Shown: positions 18,733 through 28,887, numbered from the stretch's first letter. The stretch is 64,000 nucleotides of DNA from Candidatus Iainarchaeum sp. (GCA_016187745.1 JACPJC010000009.1:1118-65117), one strand, 5' to 3'. Notes: generated from the letters alone by a model not told the origin. Made by a program: numbers and translations.

Positions 18733-19287
18733 TCATTTTATCTTCTTGATAAGCTGGGAGGCCCTTTCAAGCCCCTTGCGCAGGAATTCCTCCCTTTTGG
18801 CCCCGGCGCATATCACTTTTCCATTCTTGAATAAAAGAAGGGTTATTTTCGGCTCGTCAATGCGCAGTATTGCGCCCGGGAACTGCTCCGGCTCGTATTC
18901 AACATTATCAAGCGACATTGCTGTCTTGAAAAGGTCAAGGGTCTGGTTCAGGTTTGCGGTTGCAACAAGGTTTACGACATTGTATTCGACATCCCTCTGC
19001 ACCTTCACATTGGGCTGAACCTCATGTATCAGCTTGCTTGCCTTTGTTATCCCAAGCGCGATTTCCTTTTCGGAGCTTGCCCCGGAGCATATCACTTTCC
19101 CGTTCTTGAAAAGCAGCATGCTGACTTTAGGCTCCTTCAGTTTCAGTATTGCGCCCGGGAACTGCTCCGGCTCATACTCAATATTCGGGATTGTAACTGC
19201 AAGATTGTAAAGGTCAAGCGTTGCGTTCAGGTTTCCGGAAGCGACCAGATTGACAACGGCATAGCTTATTTTCCCTGTTGTTTTCAT
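18733..19287 (-). CDS. tbp: TATA-box binding protein (TBP)
   Basis: Two direct-repeat TBP domains (VNLVASGNLNATLDL / VNLVATANLNQTLDL; PEQFPGAILKLKEPK / PEQFPGAILRIDEPK). Start taken at ATG 19287; ORF track uses GTG at 19293. Confidence 0.9.
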   Translation of the reverse strand: MKTTGKISYAVVNLVASGNLNATLDLYNLAVTIPNIEYEPEQFPGAILKLKEPKVSMLLFKNGKVICSGASSEKEIALGITKASKLIHEVQPNVKVQRDVEYNVVNLVATANLNQTLDLFKTAMSLDNVEYEPEQFPGAILRIDEPKITLLLFKNGKVICAGAKREEFLRKGLERASQLIKKIK

Positions 19288-19599
19288 CTGCACATTGCGC
19301 GGCTTCTCAGGGGCTGAGGACTCAACTTCCTCGGCGAACTTCTCAAGCAGCTTTGATTTCTTTGCCCTGGGCCTTGAAATCCTCGCCTTCCTTATTTTTT
19401 TGGCGGATTTCTTTTTCGCTTTTGCTATAATTCTTCACCCCTTATAGTGAATCTGCCGGAATTTTTAATTTATAAAGCTTTCGGCTTTTTAAACCCTAAT
19501 TATATAAGGGCGGGATAAGGCTTTAAAAAGGATATCTATTCAGTTGCGCGGGGGAACGGGGGCGCGGAAAGCGGATGCGCCCCCATAAAATGGTTATAA

Positions 19600-19662
19600 A
19601 AAGGTTTTCCTAGGACTTTATATATAGTTAAGAGAGGGAGTTTGGCATATTCATAAAAAGAA
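19600..19662 (+). promoter_or_regulatory. Putative archaeal promoter (TATA-like box CTTTATATATAG ~35 nt upstream) and SD-like GAGAGGGAG for rpl21e operon
   Basis: AT-rich box at ~19617-19628 preceded by purine-rich BRE-like AAAAAGG; typical spacing for archaeal promoters. Confidence 0.3.
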
Positions 19663-20001
19663 TTGGATAGCACAGCAAATCAATTGGGAGTGAAACTTAT
19701 GGCATGCAAGAAAGCAAGGGGAAAAAGGGCGAAAACCCGCGACAAGTTCAAGATGAAGGGCACAAAGCTCAGCGTGAGCAGGGAACTGGCCGAAGTGGCC
19801 ATGGGGGCAAAGGCGCAGATAACTGTAAATCCGTCAATGCATTCCGGAATGCCTGTGGCGCGCTACCAGGGAAGGACTGTTGATGTTGTCGGAAAGCAGG
19901 GCAGCATGCTGAATGTCTCGCTGATGGAAAGCAAGGGGAAAAAGAACTTTCTGGTCCATCCGGCGCACCTTACACTCGCAAAGAAGGAGGAAGCGTCATG
20001 A
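19663..20001 (+). CDS. rpl21e: 50S ribosomal protein L21e
   Basis: RGKRAKTRDKFK...HSGMPVARYQGRTVDVVG...VHPAHL pattern of L21e; preceded by TATA-like box and GAGAGGGAG SD-like sequence. Confidence 0.85.
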   Translation: MDSTANQLGVKLMACKKARGKRAKTRDKFKMKGTKLSVSRELAEVAMGAKAQITVNPSMHSGMPVARYQGRTVDVVGKQGSMLNVSLMESKGKKNFLVHPAHLTLAKKEEAS

Positions 20002-20336
20002 TCGGGAAGAAAATGATTTCAATGAGGCAGATTCCGCTTTATGAAGTTAAGGAGATCCTTGAGCAGCGCCAGGAAAAATCGGAATTGGGATACGAGCAGA
20101 AACTGACTCACGATTATGTGAAGAAATTCGCGAAAATCTCCGAGGCAAAGGGCAGGAAGGCGCTTGCGGAGATAAAGGCGATTGAGAGCATGGATGACGC
20201 GCTTGCAATAAAAATAATCGATTCAATGCCCGGGAACATTGATGTGCTGCGCCTGCTCATCCCGAAGGGAAGCAGGATTACGGAAGAGCAGCAGCAGAAT
20301 ATACTGAAGATCGTGGGAACATACAGCAAGAAGTAA
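19998..20336 (+). CDS. rpoF: DNA-directed RNA polymerase subunit Rpo4 (F)
   Basis: 112 aa helical protein MIGKK...IDSMPGNID resembling archaeal RpoF; conserved position between rpl21e and the DUF655 gene; ATGA overlap with rpl21e. Confidence 0.75.
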   Translation: MIGKKMISMRQIPLYEVKEILEQRQEKSELGYEQKLTHDYVKKFAKISEAKGRKALAEIKAIESMDDALAIKIIDSMPGNIDVLRLLIPKGSRITEEQQQNILKIVGTYSKK

Positions 20337-20956
20337 TGTTAGTAAAGCCAATAATGGAGCGGAGAGAAATGCTTACTGAAGAAAACGCAATTGTGCTGGA
20401 TTACCTGGCGAGGGGCAAGCCCAGCAGCTACAAGACCGAGGCAGTTGCGCAGGTAATAGGAACGGAGCATTTCACCCTGCTTGAGATAGTCCCTAAAGCC
20501 GAACTGAAAACAATGGAAGAGGTCTACATAGGGAGGGAAGAAAGGGAAAAGGTGGAAAGGATAAAGCAGCGCATCACATACGGGGAGCTCACAAACAATT
20601 CAATTGCGGAGATTGAAAAGGCAATAGAAACAATTGTCGGCAGGAATGAGAAAAGGTTTGTCGAGTTTTTCAATACAGCAGGCTCAATTACAATACGCAG
20701 GCACACGCTTGAATTGCTTCCGGGAATGGGAAAAAAGCACCTGTTCAGCATCCTTGAGGAAAGGCAGAAAAAGCCGTTTGAATCCTTCTCGGACATTGAG
20801 CAGCGCGTGCATCTTATGCCCAGCGTCCTGCACACGATAGTGAAGCGCATAGTCGAGGAGCTCATGGGCGAGGCCGAAAAGCACTATCTTTTCGCAAGGC
20901 CGCCTGTAAAGAAAGAGGAATTCTTCCAGGGCAGGCGCGAGAGGGAAAGCTTTTAA
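20336..20956 (+). CDS. DUF655-family (COG1491-like) putative nucleic-acid-binding protein conserved downstream of rpoF
   Basis: Position in the conserved archaeal rpl21e-rpoF-DUF655 trio; ~200 aa with OB-fold-like N-terminus and helix-hairpin-helix-like C-terminal region (LLPGMGKKHLFSILEER). Confidence 0.55.
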   Translation: MLVKPIMERREMLTEENAIVLDYLARGKPSSYKTEAVAQVIGTEHFTLLEIVPKAELKTMEEVYIGREEREKVERIKQRITYGELTNNSIAEIEKAIETIVGRNEKRFVEFFNTAGSITIRRHTLELLPGMGKKHLFSILEERQKKPFESFSDIEQRVHLMPSVLHTIVKRIVEELMGEAEKHYLFARPPVKKEEFFQGRRERESF

Positions 20957-20998
20957 TAATGTAATTACATACTAATAAGCAAATAAGGGGGGCAGAAA

Positions 20999-21556
20999 AT
21001 GGTATGGGAATGGGTCGCAGTAGGGATTGTTGTTGTAATAGCGGTAATTCTGGTTCTTATATACAACGGGCTTATTGGACTGCGCAACCGCATGCAGAAT
21101 GCATGGGCGCAGATTGATGTTCAATTGAAGAGGCGCGCGGATTTGATTCCGAACCTTGTAGAAGCAGTAAAGGGCTACATGAAGCACGAAAAGGGCGTTT
21201 TTGAGAACGTTACAAAAGCCCGCTCGGCAATGCTCAGCGCAGGAAGCGTAAAGGAGAAGGCGCAGGCGGACAACATGCTCACAGGCGCGCTGAAAACGCT
21301 TTTCGCAGTAGCGGAGAATTATCCCGCGCTGCGCGCTTCGGAGAATTTCAACATGCTGCAGGAAGAGCTTTCCGGAACTGAAAGCAAGATTGCATACGCA
21401 AGGCAGTTCTATAACGATTCCATAATGGCATACAACATGGGCCTCCAGACCTTCCCAAACAACATTGTTGCGGGGGCGCTCGGCTTCAGGCAGACCAGCG
21501 ATTACTTCGAAGCGGGGGCGGCTGAAAGGGCGCCTGTAAAAGTGAAATTTGAGTAG
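20999..21556 (+). CDS. lemA: LemA family membrane protein
   Basis: N-terminal TM helix then [36 protein letters not shown]... which is the LemA signature. Confidence 0.8.
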   Translation: MVWEWVAVGIVVVIAVILVLIYNGLIGLRNRMQNAWAQIDVQLKRRADLIPNLVEAVKGYMKHEKGVFENVTKARSAMLSAGSVKEKAQADNMLTGALKTLFAVAENYPALRASENFNMLQEELSGTESKIAYARQFYNDSIMAYNMGLQTFPNNIVAGALGFRQTSDYFEAGAAERAPVKVKFE

Positions 21557-21562
21557 GCATAA

Positions 21563-22459
21563 GTGAATGCGATGCCGAATGCGCAGCATATTTCGGTTTA
21601 TAACAGGATTTCCGCGAACAGGAGCAAGTCGCTGATTCTCTTTTCCCTGTTTTTTGTTTTCATAGTATTTCTGGGATACACATTCGGAATGCTTTTCGGA
21701 AGCGCGTATTTCGGGCTGGTAATTGCCTTTGTCATTGCAATTCTGCTTTCCTTTGCCTCCTACTACTATTCTGATTCAATAGTTTTGGGAATTTCCAGCG
21801 CAAGGGAAGTGAAGCACAGCGAATTCCCCTTCCTTGACAATGCTGTTGAGGGATTGGCAATTGCCTCGGGGCTTCCAAAGCCAAGGCTTTACATAATAAA
21901 TGACACTGCCCCCAATGCATTTGCAACAGGGAGGAACCCCCAAAAATCAGTAATATGCGTAACGTCCGGCCTGCTGCAAAAGCTGAACCGGAACGAACTT
22001 GAAGCAGTTCTCGGGCATGAAATGTCGCACATAAAGAATTATGACACGCGCCTGATGGTAATTACAGTTGTTCTTGTGGGAGTTATAGTCCTCATGAGCG
22101 ACTGGATAATAAGGAGCCTGTGGTATGGAAGAAGCGGCAGCAGGAATATGGGAAAAGCAGAGTGGATAATTCTTGCAATTGGAATCGTATTTGCAATATT
22201 AAGCCCATTCATAGCGCAGATAATAAAAATGGCAATTTCGCGCAGGCGCGAATTCCTTGCGGATGCGGATTCGGCGCTCCTTACAAAGAACCCCCCGGCG
22301 CTCGCGAGCGCACTTGAAAAAATTTCAAATGATAAAGACAAGGCAACAGCGCACCTCTATATTATTAATCCATTAAAAAATTACAAGGGCTGGCTTGACA
22401 ATTTATTCAGCACCCATCCCCCCATAAAAGAGCGCATTGCCGCGCTGAGGGAAATGTAA
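21563..22459 (+). CDS. htpX: HtpX-like M48 zinc metalloprotease
   Basis: Multi-TM with LGHEMSHIKNYD (HExxH) and downstream FSTHPPIKERIAAL (M48 third ligand region); classic LemA-HtpX pairing. Confidence 0.8.
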   Translation: MNAMPNAQHISVYNRISANRSKSLILFSLFFVFIVFLGYTFGMLFGSAYFGLVIAFVIAILLSFASYYYSDSIVLGISSAREVKHSEFPFLDNAVEGLAIASGLPKPRLYIINDTAPNAFATGRNPQKSVICVTSGLLQKLNRNELEAVLGHEMSHIKNYDTRLMVITVVLVGVIVLMSDWIIRSLWYGRSGSRNMGKAEWIILAIGIVFAILSPFIAQIIKMAISRRREFLADADSALLTKNPPALASALEKISNDKDKATAHLYIINPLKNYKGWLDNLFSTHPPIKERIAALREM

Positions 22460-22469
22460 TAGTGGTCCT

Positions 22470-23282
22470 ATGCCGCTGATTGCAGAGCTGAATTCGCTGA
22501 TGCGCAGGTACCGCTTCACTCCCAACAGAAAATTGAACCAGTGCTTCCTTATTGATGAATCAATAATAAAAAAATTCATCCATGAGCTTTCCCCGAAGAA
22601 AAATGAGGCAATACTCGAGATTGCGCCGGGCGCCGGCTTCCTTACACTGGAGCTTGCGAAGAAATCAGGTGTGATTGCAATTGAGCAGGATGCGGCGCTT
22701 TTTGAAATGCTGAAGCAGGAAATTGCCCCGGGGAATGCGAATTTTTATAATGGGAAAATAATTGAAATCCTGCATCTGCTCCCGGAATTCAGCAAGGTTG
22801 CCTGCTCCCAGCCCTATGCGCTTTCCTCGGAGGAGATGTTCGCCCTGCTCTCAAGGGATTTTGAGCTGGCGGTCCTTGCTTTCCAGGTGGAATTTGCGGA
22901 AAAGCTGCTTGCGGAGCCGGGCTTCATTGATTATTCCGCGCTTTCGGTAATGGCAAATTATTTCTACAGCGCGGAAATGATTTCCAGAATTCCCGGAAAT
23001 TCCTTCTTTCCCAATGCGCCGGGCCAGATTGCAATGCTGAAGATGAGATCCAGGGGCAAATTCCCGGAAATAAGGGATCCTGCGCTTTTCGGGAAATTCC
23101 TCAGGTCCCTTTTCAGGTTCAGGAACAAGAACCTCTCAAATGCGCTTCAGAATATCTCGAAAATTATGGGGGATGAAATGCCAAAAGGAAAAATTCCCAA
23201 AAACAGCAGACTTGCCGATGAAAAGATTTACCTTATCAGGCCTAAGGATTTTGTGAATCTCTACAGGGAAATCTTCCAGTAG
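22470..23282 (+). CDS. ksgA: 16S rRNA (adenine-N6,N6)-dimethyltransferase KsgA/Dim1
   Basis: QCFLIDESIIKKF, EIAPGAGFLTLELAKKS (SAM-binding) and SQPYALSSE (NxPYxIS-like) motifs. Confidence 0.75.
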   Translation: MPLIAELNSLMRRYRFTPNRKLNQCFLIDESIIKKFIHELSPKKNEAILEIAPGAGFLTLELAKKSGVIAIEQDAALFEMLKQEIAPGNANFYNGKIIEILHLLPEFSKVACSQPYALSSEEMFALLSRDFELAVLAFQVEFAEKLLAEPGFIDYSALSVMANYFYSAEMISRIPGNSFFPNAPGQIAMLKMRSRGKFPEIRDPALFGKFLRSLFRFRNKNLSNALQNISKIMGDEMPKGKIPKNSRLADEKIYLIRPKDFVNLYREIFQ

Positions 23283-23283
23283 G

Positions 23284-24834
23284 CTACTCAAATTTCTCAA
23301 GCACTATGTCGCCGGTTTCAACTGCGCTGTTCTTTTTCGCGAACTCCCCCGCAAGCTCCAGTTTCCTCATGTTCTCGGCATAAACCTCAAACAGCGGCTG
23401 CTCGGGCTTCAATTTCTCCCCCTTTGAAACAAGCAGCATTACCCCCGCCCTTTTGTCAGCGGGAGCCCCCGCAATCCTTGCGATAGTGCTGAGCAATCTC
23501 ACATTTATGCTCTTCACGGTGCCATCTCCCTTTGCCCGCACAACATGCTTGAATTTCGCAAGCTTTGCATCCTCGGAGCTAAATATTTTGCCCCCCTGCG
23601 CCTTTATTATCTGCCTCATCTTCTCAAGCGCCTTTTTGTTCGCAAGCAGCTGCTTCGCGGCGGCAAAGCCCTTCCCGCGCTGCGCCTTTCCGCACAGTTC
23701 GAGCAGCGCGCCGGCAAGCTCGCAGGATTTCTGCGCAAGGTTGTCAAATCTCCTGCCTTCAAGTATTTCCATTACATATTTCGCCTCAAGCGCGGGCCCG
23801 AACGCCTTTCCCGAGGGCTCAGTACCATCAGTAATCAGCGCTTCCACTCTCATCCCAAGTTTTTTCCCAACTTCAACAAATTTCTTCGCAAGGTTCTCAG
23901 CGCGCTCGCGCGTCTGGATTTTCACATCAGGCCCCACCGGAAGATCAAAAACAACATACTTCGCGCCGACGCTTGCCTTTTTGCTTACAACGCTTGCAAT
24001 TATCTGCCCTTCCGGGTCCAAGGCAAGGGGGTGCTCAATCTTTATTATCTTGTCATCCACGGGGGCCAGATCGACAGCGCCCCCCCATACAATTACCCCG
24101 CCGATTTTTTCGGTAATTGATTTTATCTGCCCGATTGAAAGATTTACTGGCGCAAGGACTTCCATCGCGTCCGCCGTTCCGGCGCAGCTCGTAACCGCCC
24201 TTGAGGAAGTTTTCGGAATGTAGCAGCCTGCTGCAGCAACTATTGGCACAACAATCATTGTAGCCCTGCCGTTTATCCCTCCGATGCAGTGCTTGTCCAC
24301 TACAGGAGTTTTGTCAATCTTCAGCTGCTTTCCATCAAGCAATAGCGCTTTTGTCATTGAGGTTGTTTCATCCAAGTCAAACCCGTGTATGTAAACTGCG
24401 GCCATGAATGCGCTTATTTCAATCTCATCCAGCTTGTTTTTCCCGATGTCGCGCACTATTTCTGAAATTTCCTCAAAGGAGAGCTTATCCCCCTTCATCT
24501 TCTTTTTTATGTAAGCAACGCTGTCAGGCTGCGGGCTTGCCTTCACTTCAAGGAAACCGCATTTTTTTATTCCCAGTTCCCTGCTGACATCCCTGAACAA
24601 TCCAATTTCATTCTTCTTTACCATTGTTGTTGTGAGGTCTGCAACAGTTGTTACGCGCATCTTCGTTATCGGGCAGTAAATTTCAATCCTGTCAAGGGGC
24701 ATTACCCCGAGCTCCTTCGCATCAATCTCGTGGATTATTGCAATCAGCTTCCTCGCCTCAATGTCGAACAGTTTAGCGCGCATTTTCTGCACGTAATGCG
24801 AATTTCCGTTCTTTGTTTTTATCTGGTCTGCCAT
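23284..24834 (-). CDS. deoA: AMP phosphorylase (thymidine phosphorylase family, archaeal DeoA)
   Basis: 516 aa; N-terminal extension typical of archaeal AMP phosphorylase followed by thymidine phosphorylase core (GGINGRATMIVVPIVAAAG, TSSRAVTSCAGTAD). Confidence 0.75.
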   Translation of the reverse strand: MADQIKTKNGNSHYVQKMRAKLFDIEARKLIAIIHEIDAKELGVMPLDRIEIYCPITKMRVTTVADLTTTMVKKNEIGLFRDVSRELGIKKCGFLEVKASPQPDSVAYIKKKMKGDKLSFEEISEIVRDIGKNKLDEIEISAFMAAVYIHGFDLDETTSMTKALLLDGKQLKIDKTPVVDKHCIGGINGRATMIVVPIVAAAGCYIPKTSSRAVTSCAGTADAMEVLAPVNLSIGQIKSITEKIGGVIVWGGAVDLAPVDDKIIKIEHPLALDPEGQIIASVVSKKASVGAKYVVFDLPVGPDVKIQTRERAENLAKKFVEVGKKLGMRVEALITDGTEPSGKAFGPALEAKYVMEILEGRRFDNLAQKSCELAGALLELCGKAQRGKGFAAAKQLLANKKALEKMRQIIKAQGGKIFSSEDAKLAKFKHVVRAKGDGTVKSINVRLLSTIARIAGAPADKRAGVMLLVSKGEKLKPEQPLFEVYAENMRKLELAGEFAKKNSAVETGDIVLEKFE

Positions 24835-25061
24835 TTTTTCATTCCAAATAAGAAAATGTTGTGAAATAAAATGGAATTCCTTATTTAATATCCTTTTGTT
24901 GGGAAAAAACCGCTTAGCGAAAGCTTTATATAGTATGGAAACCTAATATTTTAGTTTGTTTTTGTTCGGATTTGTTATCCGCAGCAATTTATAAACAAAA
25001 GCATATAATATAATTGTCTTCGTTAAGAGAGAAAGAGAGAAAAAGGAGAGGGTGATAAATT

Positions 25062-25421
25062 ATGAGTCTGGTTTCATTGACATTCGGCTCCAACAGGCAG
25101 CAAATGTCTGTCGGAAAAACTGTTGAAGTTATAAGGCCATGGGACAATATCAGGATTGACCCCGCTGTTGAGAACAGGCTGGAAGTGAAGAAGGTTTCCA
25201 CTTTCCTGAATTTTGATTACCCCTACATCATTGGCGAAATCCTGCAGGGCGCGGTGCGCGAGGGCATGAAGGGAACATGCAATGGGATTGAATTTACCAT
25301 TGAGGAAGTCAATTCCAAATACGGCGCAATCGCGAAGGCAGGAATGACTGTGGGGATAGTAGTGAAGGGAATTTCAAAAGAGCAGATAAACGCGGGCGAA
25401 GTAATTATACTGATGCAGTAG
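25062..25421 (+). CDS. Hypothetical small protein with EF-Tu domain-2-like beta-barrel signature
   Basis: 119 aa; AGMTVGIVVKGISKEQINAGEVI resembles the translation-factor domain-II barrel; strong purine-rich SD-like leader (AAAAAGGAGAGGGTGA). Confidence 0.35.
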   Translation: MSLVSLTFGSNRQQMSVGKTVEVIRPWDNIRIDPAVENRLEVKKVSTFLNFDYPYIIGEILQGAVREGMKGTCNGIEFTIEEVNSKYGAIAKAGMTVGIVVKGISKEQINAGEVIILMQ

Positions 25422-25482
25422 AATTTCAATTTTATATACTTCGGCAATCGTCTTAATAATACTTTTTGTTCCTTATTCTATT

Positions 25483-25899
25483 ATGCGCCTTTATTTGGAT
25501 TCAAATGTACTGATAAGCATTATACGCTCTGAGATTGGAAAAGGATTCGAACAGATGTATCAGAAAGTTGAAGAATTCTTCTTAAAATCCGGGAAAGATT
25601 CAATTTTTGTCTTGTCAGGCCTGGCATTAAAAGAAACAACAAAAATATGCTGTCTTGGCAAGAAAGAGATAATAGATTTTATCAGACAATACAATCTCAA
25701 ATTTGAGTTAGTTGAACCAATAAGGGCAGACTATATTGCGTCTAAAGAATTTATCAGGAGGAAGATTCATTATCCTGATTCGCTGCATCTTGCAATCGCC
25801 ATAAGGACAGAATGCGATGCGCTAGTCACCTGGAACCTCTCTGATTTTGAAAATGCGCAGGAAATTATAGATATAAGGCGGCCAGCGGATTTCATTTGA
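25483..25899 (+). CDS. PIN domain protein
   Basis: LDSNVLI (Asp1), LKE (Glu), PDSLHLAIA (Asp3), VTWNLSDFE (TxDxDF-like Asp4) - four canonical PIN acidic residues. Confidence 0.6.
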   Translation: MRLYLDSNVLISIIRSEIGKGFEQMYQKVEEFFLKSGKDSIFVLSGLALKETTKICCLGKKEIIDFIRQYNLKFELVEPIRADYIASKEFIRRKIHYPDSLHLAIAIRTECDALVTWNLSDFENAQEIIDIRRPADFI

Positions 25900-26179
25900 T
25901 GATTCCGATTTCCCTTAAATAACTGTCTGCAATCTTTGCCCTTTCTTCTCTCGTTGGAAGTTTGCCTTTATAACCGCGCTTTAGCGCAAGTTTTGAAAGC
26001 CTTTTCGCCCCTTTTCTGAATTCACTCAATTTTTGCTGTTTTTCAACAAGCTCGATGGTTTTCTCCCTGATTGCATCCTTTATGAATTCGCTCCGCGAGG
26101 AATAGATTCGTGTCTTGTCCAGAACAGCATCCACATTCTTCACAAATTCCTTGTCAACCAGGACGCTTAAAGTAGGCAT
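25892..26179 (-). CDS. Ribbon-helix-helix (CopG/Arc) family DNA-binding protein
   Basis: N-terminal MPTLSVLVDKEFVKNVDAVLDK beta-strand/helix pattern of RHH proteins; 95 aa. Confidence 0.55.
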   Translation of the reverse strand: MPTLSVLVDKEFVKNVDAVLDKTRIYSSRSEFIKDAIREKTIELVEKQQKLSEFRKGAKRLSKLALKRGYKGKLPTREERAKIADSYLREIGIIK

Positions 26180-26221
26180 AGTTATATATGACTAACAAGA
26201 ACAATTTATAAATATAGCATT

Positions 26222-26932
26222 TCAGCGCATTAAAGCAGCTGTCATTTCTTTTGCAGCTGCATTAATATCTCCGGCGCCATACAATGCCCTTCCGACAATC
26301 GCATGCCAGTTTTTTCCTGCCGCTTTTGCGGATTCCGTAATTTCCCCTCCCTGCGCAATCAGCCCCGGGGAATACAATATCGGCTCAATTCCCTTCGCTT
26401 CAAGCAATTTTTTATACTCCAAAATTTTCTCAGGCTTGTTTCCAGGAACTACAAAATCCCTGATGCCCAAATCAGCGGCAATCTCATATATTCGCTTCGG
26501 CGCATCATCAGCGATGAACCCAGAATCCTTCTGCAGATAATTCGCATGCGTCATTTCCCCGCCGACAATTATCCCGATTCCCGCCTTCTTTGCGGATTCT
26601 ATCCACGCCTTTTCAGTAGCAGGGCCGGCCTGCGGGAAGAAAATTATTGAATCAGCCCCGCAGTTCTTGCAGGCATTTACAAATTTCTCTCCCAATTCAG
26701 GAATGTCTGTTGCCGCCTTCTGGTGGTCATAAATAATTGGAAGTTCAGTGTGTTTTCTAACGGCTTCAACAACTTTTTTTAATCCAAAGGGTATTGCGAG
26801 CTCCAATCCCACTTTATATGCGCCAATCCCCTCAACATCACAGGTCTCAGCAACAAGCTTTTCAAGCATGCCCAAATTGTTTACATCGCACGCGGGAATG
26901 ATGCTCCTCTCAAGCTTGATTATCTTTTCCAT
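26222..26932 (-). CDS. pyrF: Orotidine 5'-phosphate decarboxylase
   Basis: IIPACDVNN...YKVGLEL...IIYDHQKAATDIPE...AIVGRALY motifs (DxKxxDI, substrate-binding) and position after pyrE. Start chosen at the internal Met just after the pyrE stop; the ORF track's upstream start would overlap pyrE. Confidence 0.7.
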   Translation of the reverse strand: MEKIIKLERSIIPACDVNNLGMLEKLVAETCDVEGIGAYKVGLELAIPFGLKKVVEAVRKHTELPIIYDHQKAATDIPELGEKFVNACKNCGADSIIFFPQAGPATEKAWIESAKKAGIGIIVGGEMTHANYLQKDSGFIADDAPKRIYEIAADLGIRDFVVPGNKPEKILEYKKLLEAKGIEPILYSPGLIAQGGEITESAKAAGKNWHAIVGRALYGAGDINAAAKEMTAALMR

Positions 26933-26933
26933 T

Positions 26934-27557
26934 TCATGCGCCCCTTGCCCTGCTCCACGCTTCCTGATTTCTGAAGTAATCTGAAATATCCTCAAACTGC
27001 TGCTGCGGGATTTTATTGTGCGCTTTCAGAATTTCCAGAACTTCAGAAATTTTAAGCACGGCATGCAGGCTATAGCCTTTCTCTGCAAGCTCTTTTGATC
27101 CTCCCTGCTCCCTGTCGACCAGAACCACAACATCCCTTACCTTCAATCCCTCGGATTCCAGCGGCGCAATTGCCTCAAACTTGCTTGCGCCTGTTGTAAT
27201 CAAATCATCAATCACAAGTATTGTTTCGCCGGAATTGTAAACGCCCTCAATTGCCTTTTTTGTCCCGTAATCCTTCACTTCCTTGCGCGAATATATCATC
27301 GGCTTGCCTGTTTGCAGGGAAAATGCCGTAGCAATCGCAATTGCGGCATAGGGAATTCCCGCAACGCGCTCATAGTGAAGATTGCCCGCAATACCCTTAA
27401 GCTCATTTGCCACAATTTTAAGGATTTCAGGATAGGAGACCAGAACGCGCAAATCAATGTAAATAGGGCTTTTCAGGCCTGATTTTAATGTGAATTCCCC
27501 GAACTTTACCGCGCCAACATCAAACAGCGCAATGCACAATTTTTCCTTCTCATCCAT
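26934..27557 (-). CDS. pyrE: Orotate phosphoribosyltransferase
   Basis: [18 protein letters not shown]-binding motif; 207 aa. Confidence 0.85.
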   Translation of the reverse strand: MDEKEKLCIALFDVGAVKFGEFTLKSGLKSPIYIDLRVLVSYPEILKIVANELKGIAGNLHYERVAGIPYAAIAIATAFSLQTGKPMIYSRKEVKDYGTKKAIEGVYNSGETILVIDDLITTGASKFEAIAPLESEGLKVRDVVVLVDREQGGSKELAEKGYSLHAVLKISEVLEILKAHNKIPQQQFEDISDYFRNQEAWSRARGA

Positions 27558-28875
27558 TAAAATTCACTTCCCTTCCCCTCGCGCTTCCATCAAAATTGCC
27601 ATTGTCGTAAGCAAGATGCCCGTTTACAAATGTCTTTTCCACAAAGCCTTTTAATTTCATGCCCTCGAACGGGCTCCACCTGCACTTTGTCTGCAGCGCA
27701 TCCCCATTAACAACCCACTCTTTTTTCGTATCAATTACGCACAAATCCGCATCATAGCTGATTTCAATTGCGCCCTTGCCCTTTATCCCGAATGTCTTCG
27801 CAGGCATTTCCGAACATAATTCTGCAACGCGCTCAATTGAAATTCTGTTCTCATTTGCAGCATTAAGCATCAATGGCAGCATTGTTTCGGCTCCGGGAAC
27901 TCCGGAAGGCGCTTCCCAATAGCCTTTCTGCTTTTCCTCTTTTGTATGGGGCGCATGGTCTGTTGCAATAATGTCAATAGTTCCGTCAAATATGCCGTGC
28001 AGAAGCGCACTGTTGTCCTGCGCCCCCTTAAGCGAGGGGTTCATTTTGGCAAAATTCCCAAGCTTCCCATAATCCGCATCATTCAAGAAAAGATGGTGCG
28101 GTGTTGCTTCGCAGGTGAGATTGCCTGCGCGCTTTTCAGCAATGATTCTTTCCAATCCTGCAGAAGAAGAAACATGGCATATGTGCAGTTTATTGCCGGC
28201 TTCCCCGCGCAGGGCCAGCGCCTTTTCTATTGCTGCGAGCTCGCACCCGGAATTCCTTATTTTTGTGTGCGCTGCAACAGAATTTTCGCTTTTATACTGC
28301 TCGGAATTCTGCTTTATTATTGCCTCATCCTCCGCATGCACGCTCACAATTTTGTTATGCGCTTTTGCAATTTGGAATATCTTTTGCAGCACATTTTCAT
28401 CCTCAATCAGCATATTTCCAGTGGAGCTTCCCATAAAAACCTTGAACGAGGCAATATTTTCATTTGCAGCATTTTCCAATTCTGCCAAATTCTCAGTTGT
28501 TGTTCCAAAATGGAATCCGAAATTGCACAACAAATCTCCCTGCACCAATTTTCTTTTTTCCTCGAGCAATTCCACTGTTGTTGTTGGGGGCTTGGTATTC
28601 GGCATGTCCAGAACTGTTGTAATGCCCCCTGCAAGCGCAGCCCTGCCCCCTGAATTCCAGTCCTCCTTGTGCCCCATTCCGGGAACGCGGAAATGCACAT
28701 GCGCATCAATGCAGCCGGGAATGATTATTTTGCCCTTGCAGTCAATTTTCTGCGCAGCATCAATTTGAAGTTTGCTTAAACCAGCAATTTTTCCATCCGC
28801 AATTCCTATATTCAAATCCATAAATGAGCCGGAAACAAAAACCCTTCCATTCTCAAGCGCGCAGTCAATTTTCAT
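27550..28875 (-). CDS. pyrC: Dihydroorotase
   Basis: [16 protein letters not shown] (metal-binding HxH), DHAPHT, amidohydrolase-fold pattern; 441 aa. Confidence 0.8.
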   Translation of the reverse strand: MKIDCALENGRVFVSGSFMDLNIGIADGKIAGLSKLQIDAAQKIDCKGKIIIPGCIDAHVHFRVPGMGHKEDWNSGGRAALAGGITTVLDMPNTKPPTTTVELLEEKRKLVQGDLLCNFGFHFGTTTENLAELENAANENIASFKVFMGSSTGNMLIEDENVLQKIFQIAKAHNKIVSVHAEDEAIIKQNSEQYKSENSVAAHTKIRNSGCELAAIEKALALRGEAGNKLHICHVSSSAGLERIIAEKRAGNLTCEATPHHLFLNDADYGKLGNFAKMNPSLKGAQDNSALLHGIFDGTIDIIATDHAPHTKEEKQKGYWEAPSGVPGAETMLPLMLNAANENRISIERVAELCSEMPAKTFGIKGKGAIEISYDADLCVIDTKKEWVVNGDALQTKCRWSPFEGMKLKGFVEKTFVNGHLAYDNGNFDGSARGREVNFNG

Positions 28876-28887
28876 TTTTCATCCGCC

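Noticed and set aside
19294-19440. Possible Lys/Arg-rich N-terminal extension of TBP (frame open upstream of the start)
   Set aside because: The open frame contains no start codon upstream of GTG 19293/ATG 19287, and the extension is simply AT-rich intergenic DNA. TBP core alignment begins right after the chosen Met.
23453-24223. 256-aa and 191-aa plus-strand ORFs within the AMP phosphorylase gene
   Set aside because: They are antisense to a well-supported thymidine-phosphorylase-family gene and have no motifs.
27946-28768. 235-aa and 217-aa plus-strand ORFs inside pyrC
   Set aside because: They are antisense shadows of the dihydroorotase gene and have Cys/Phe-rich low-complexity translations.
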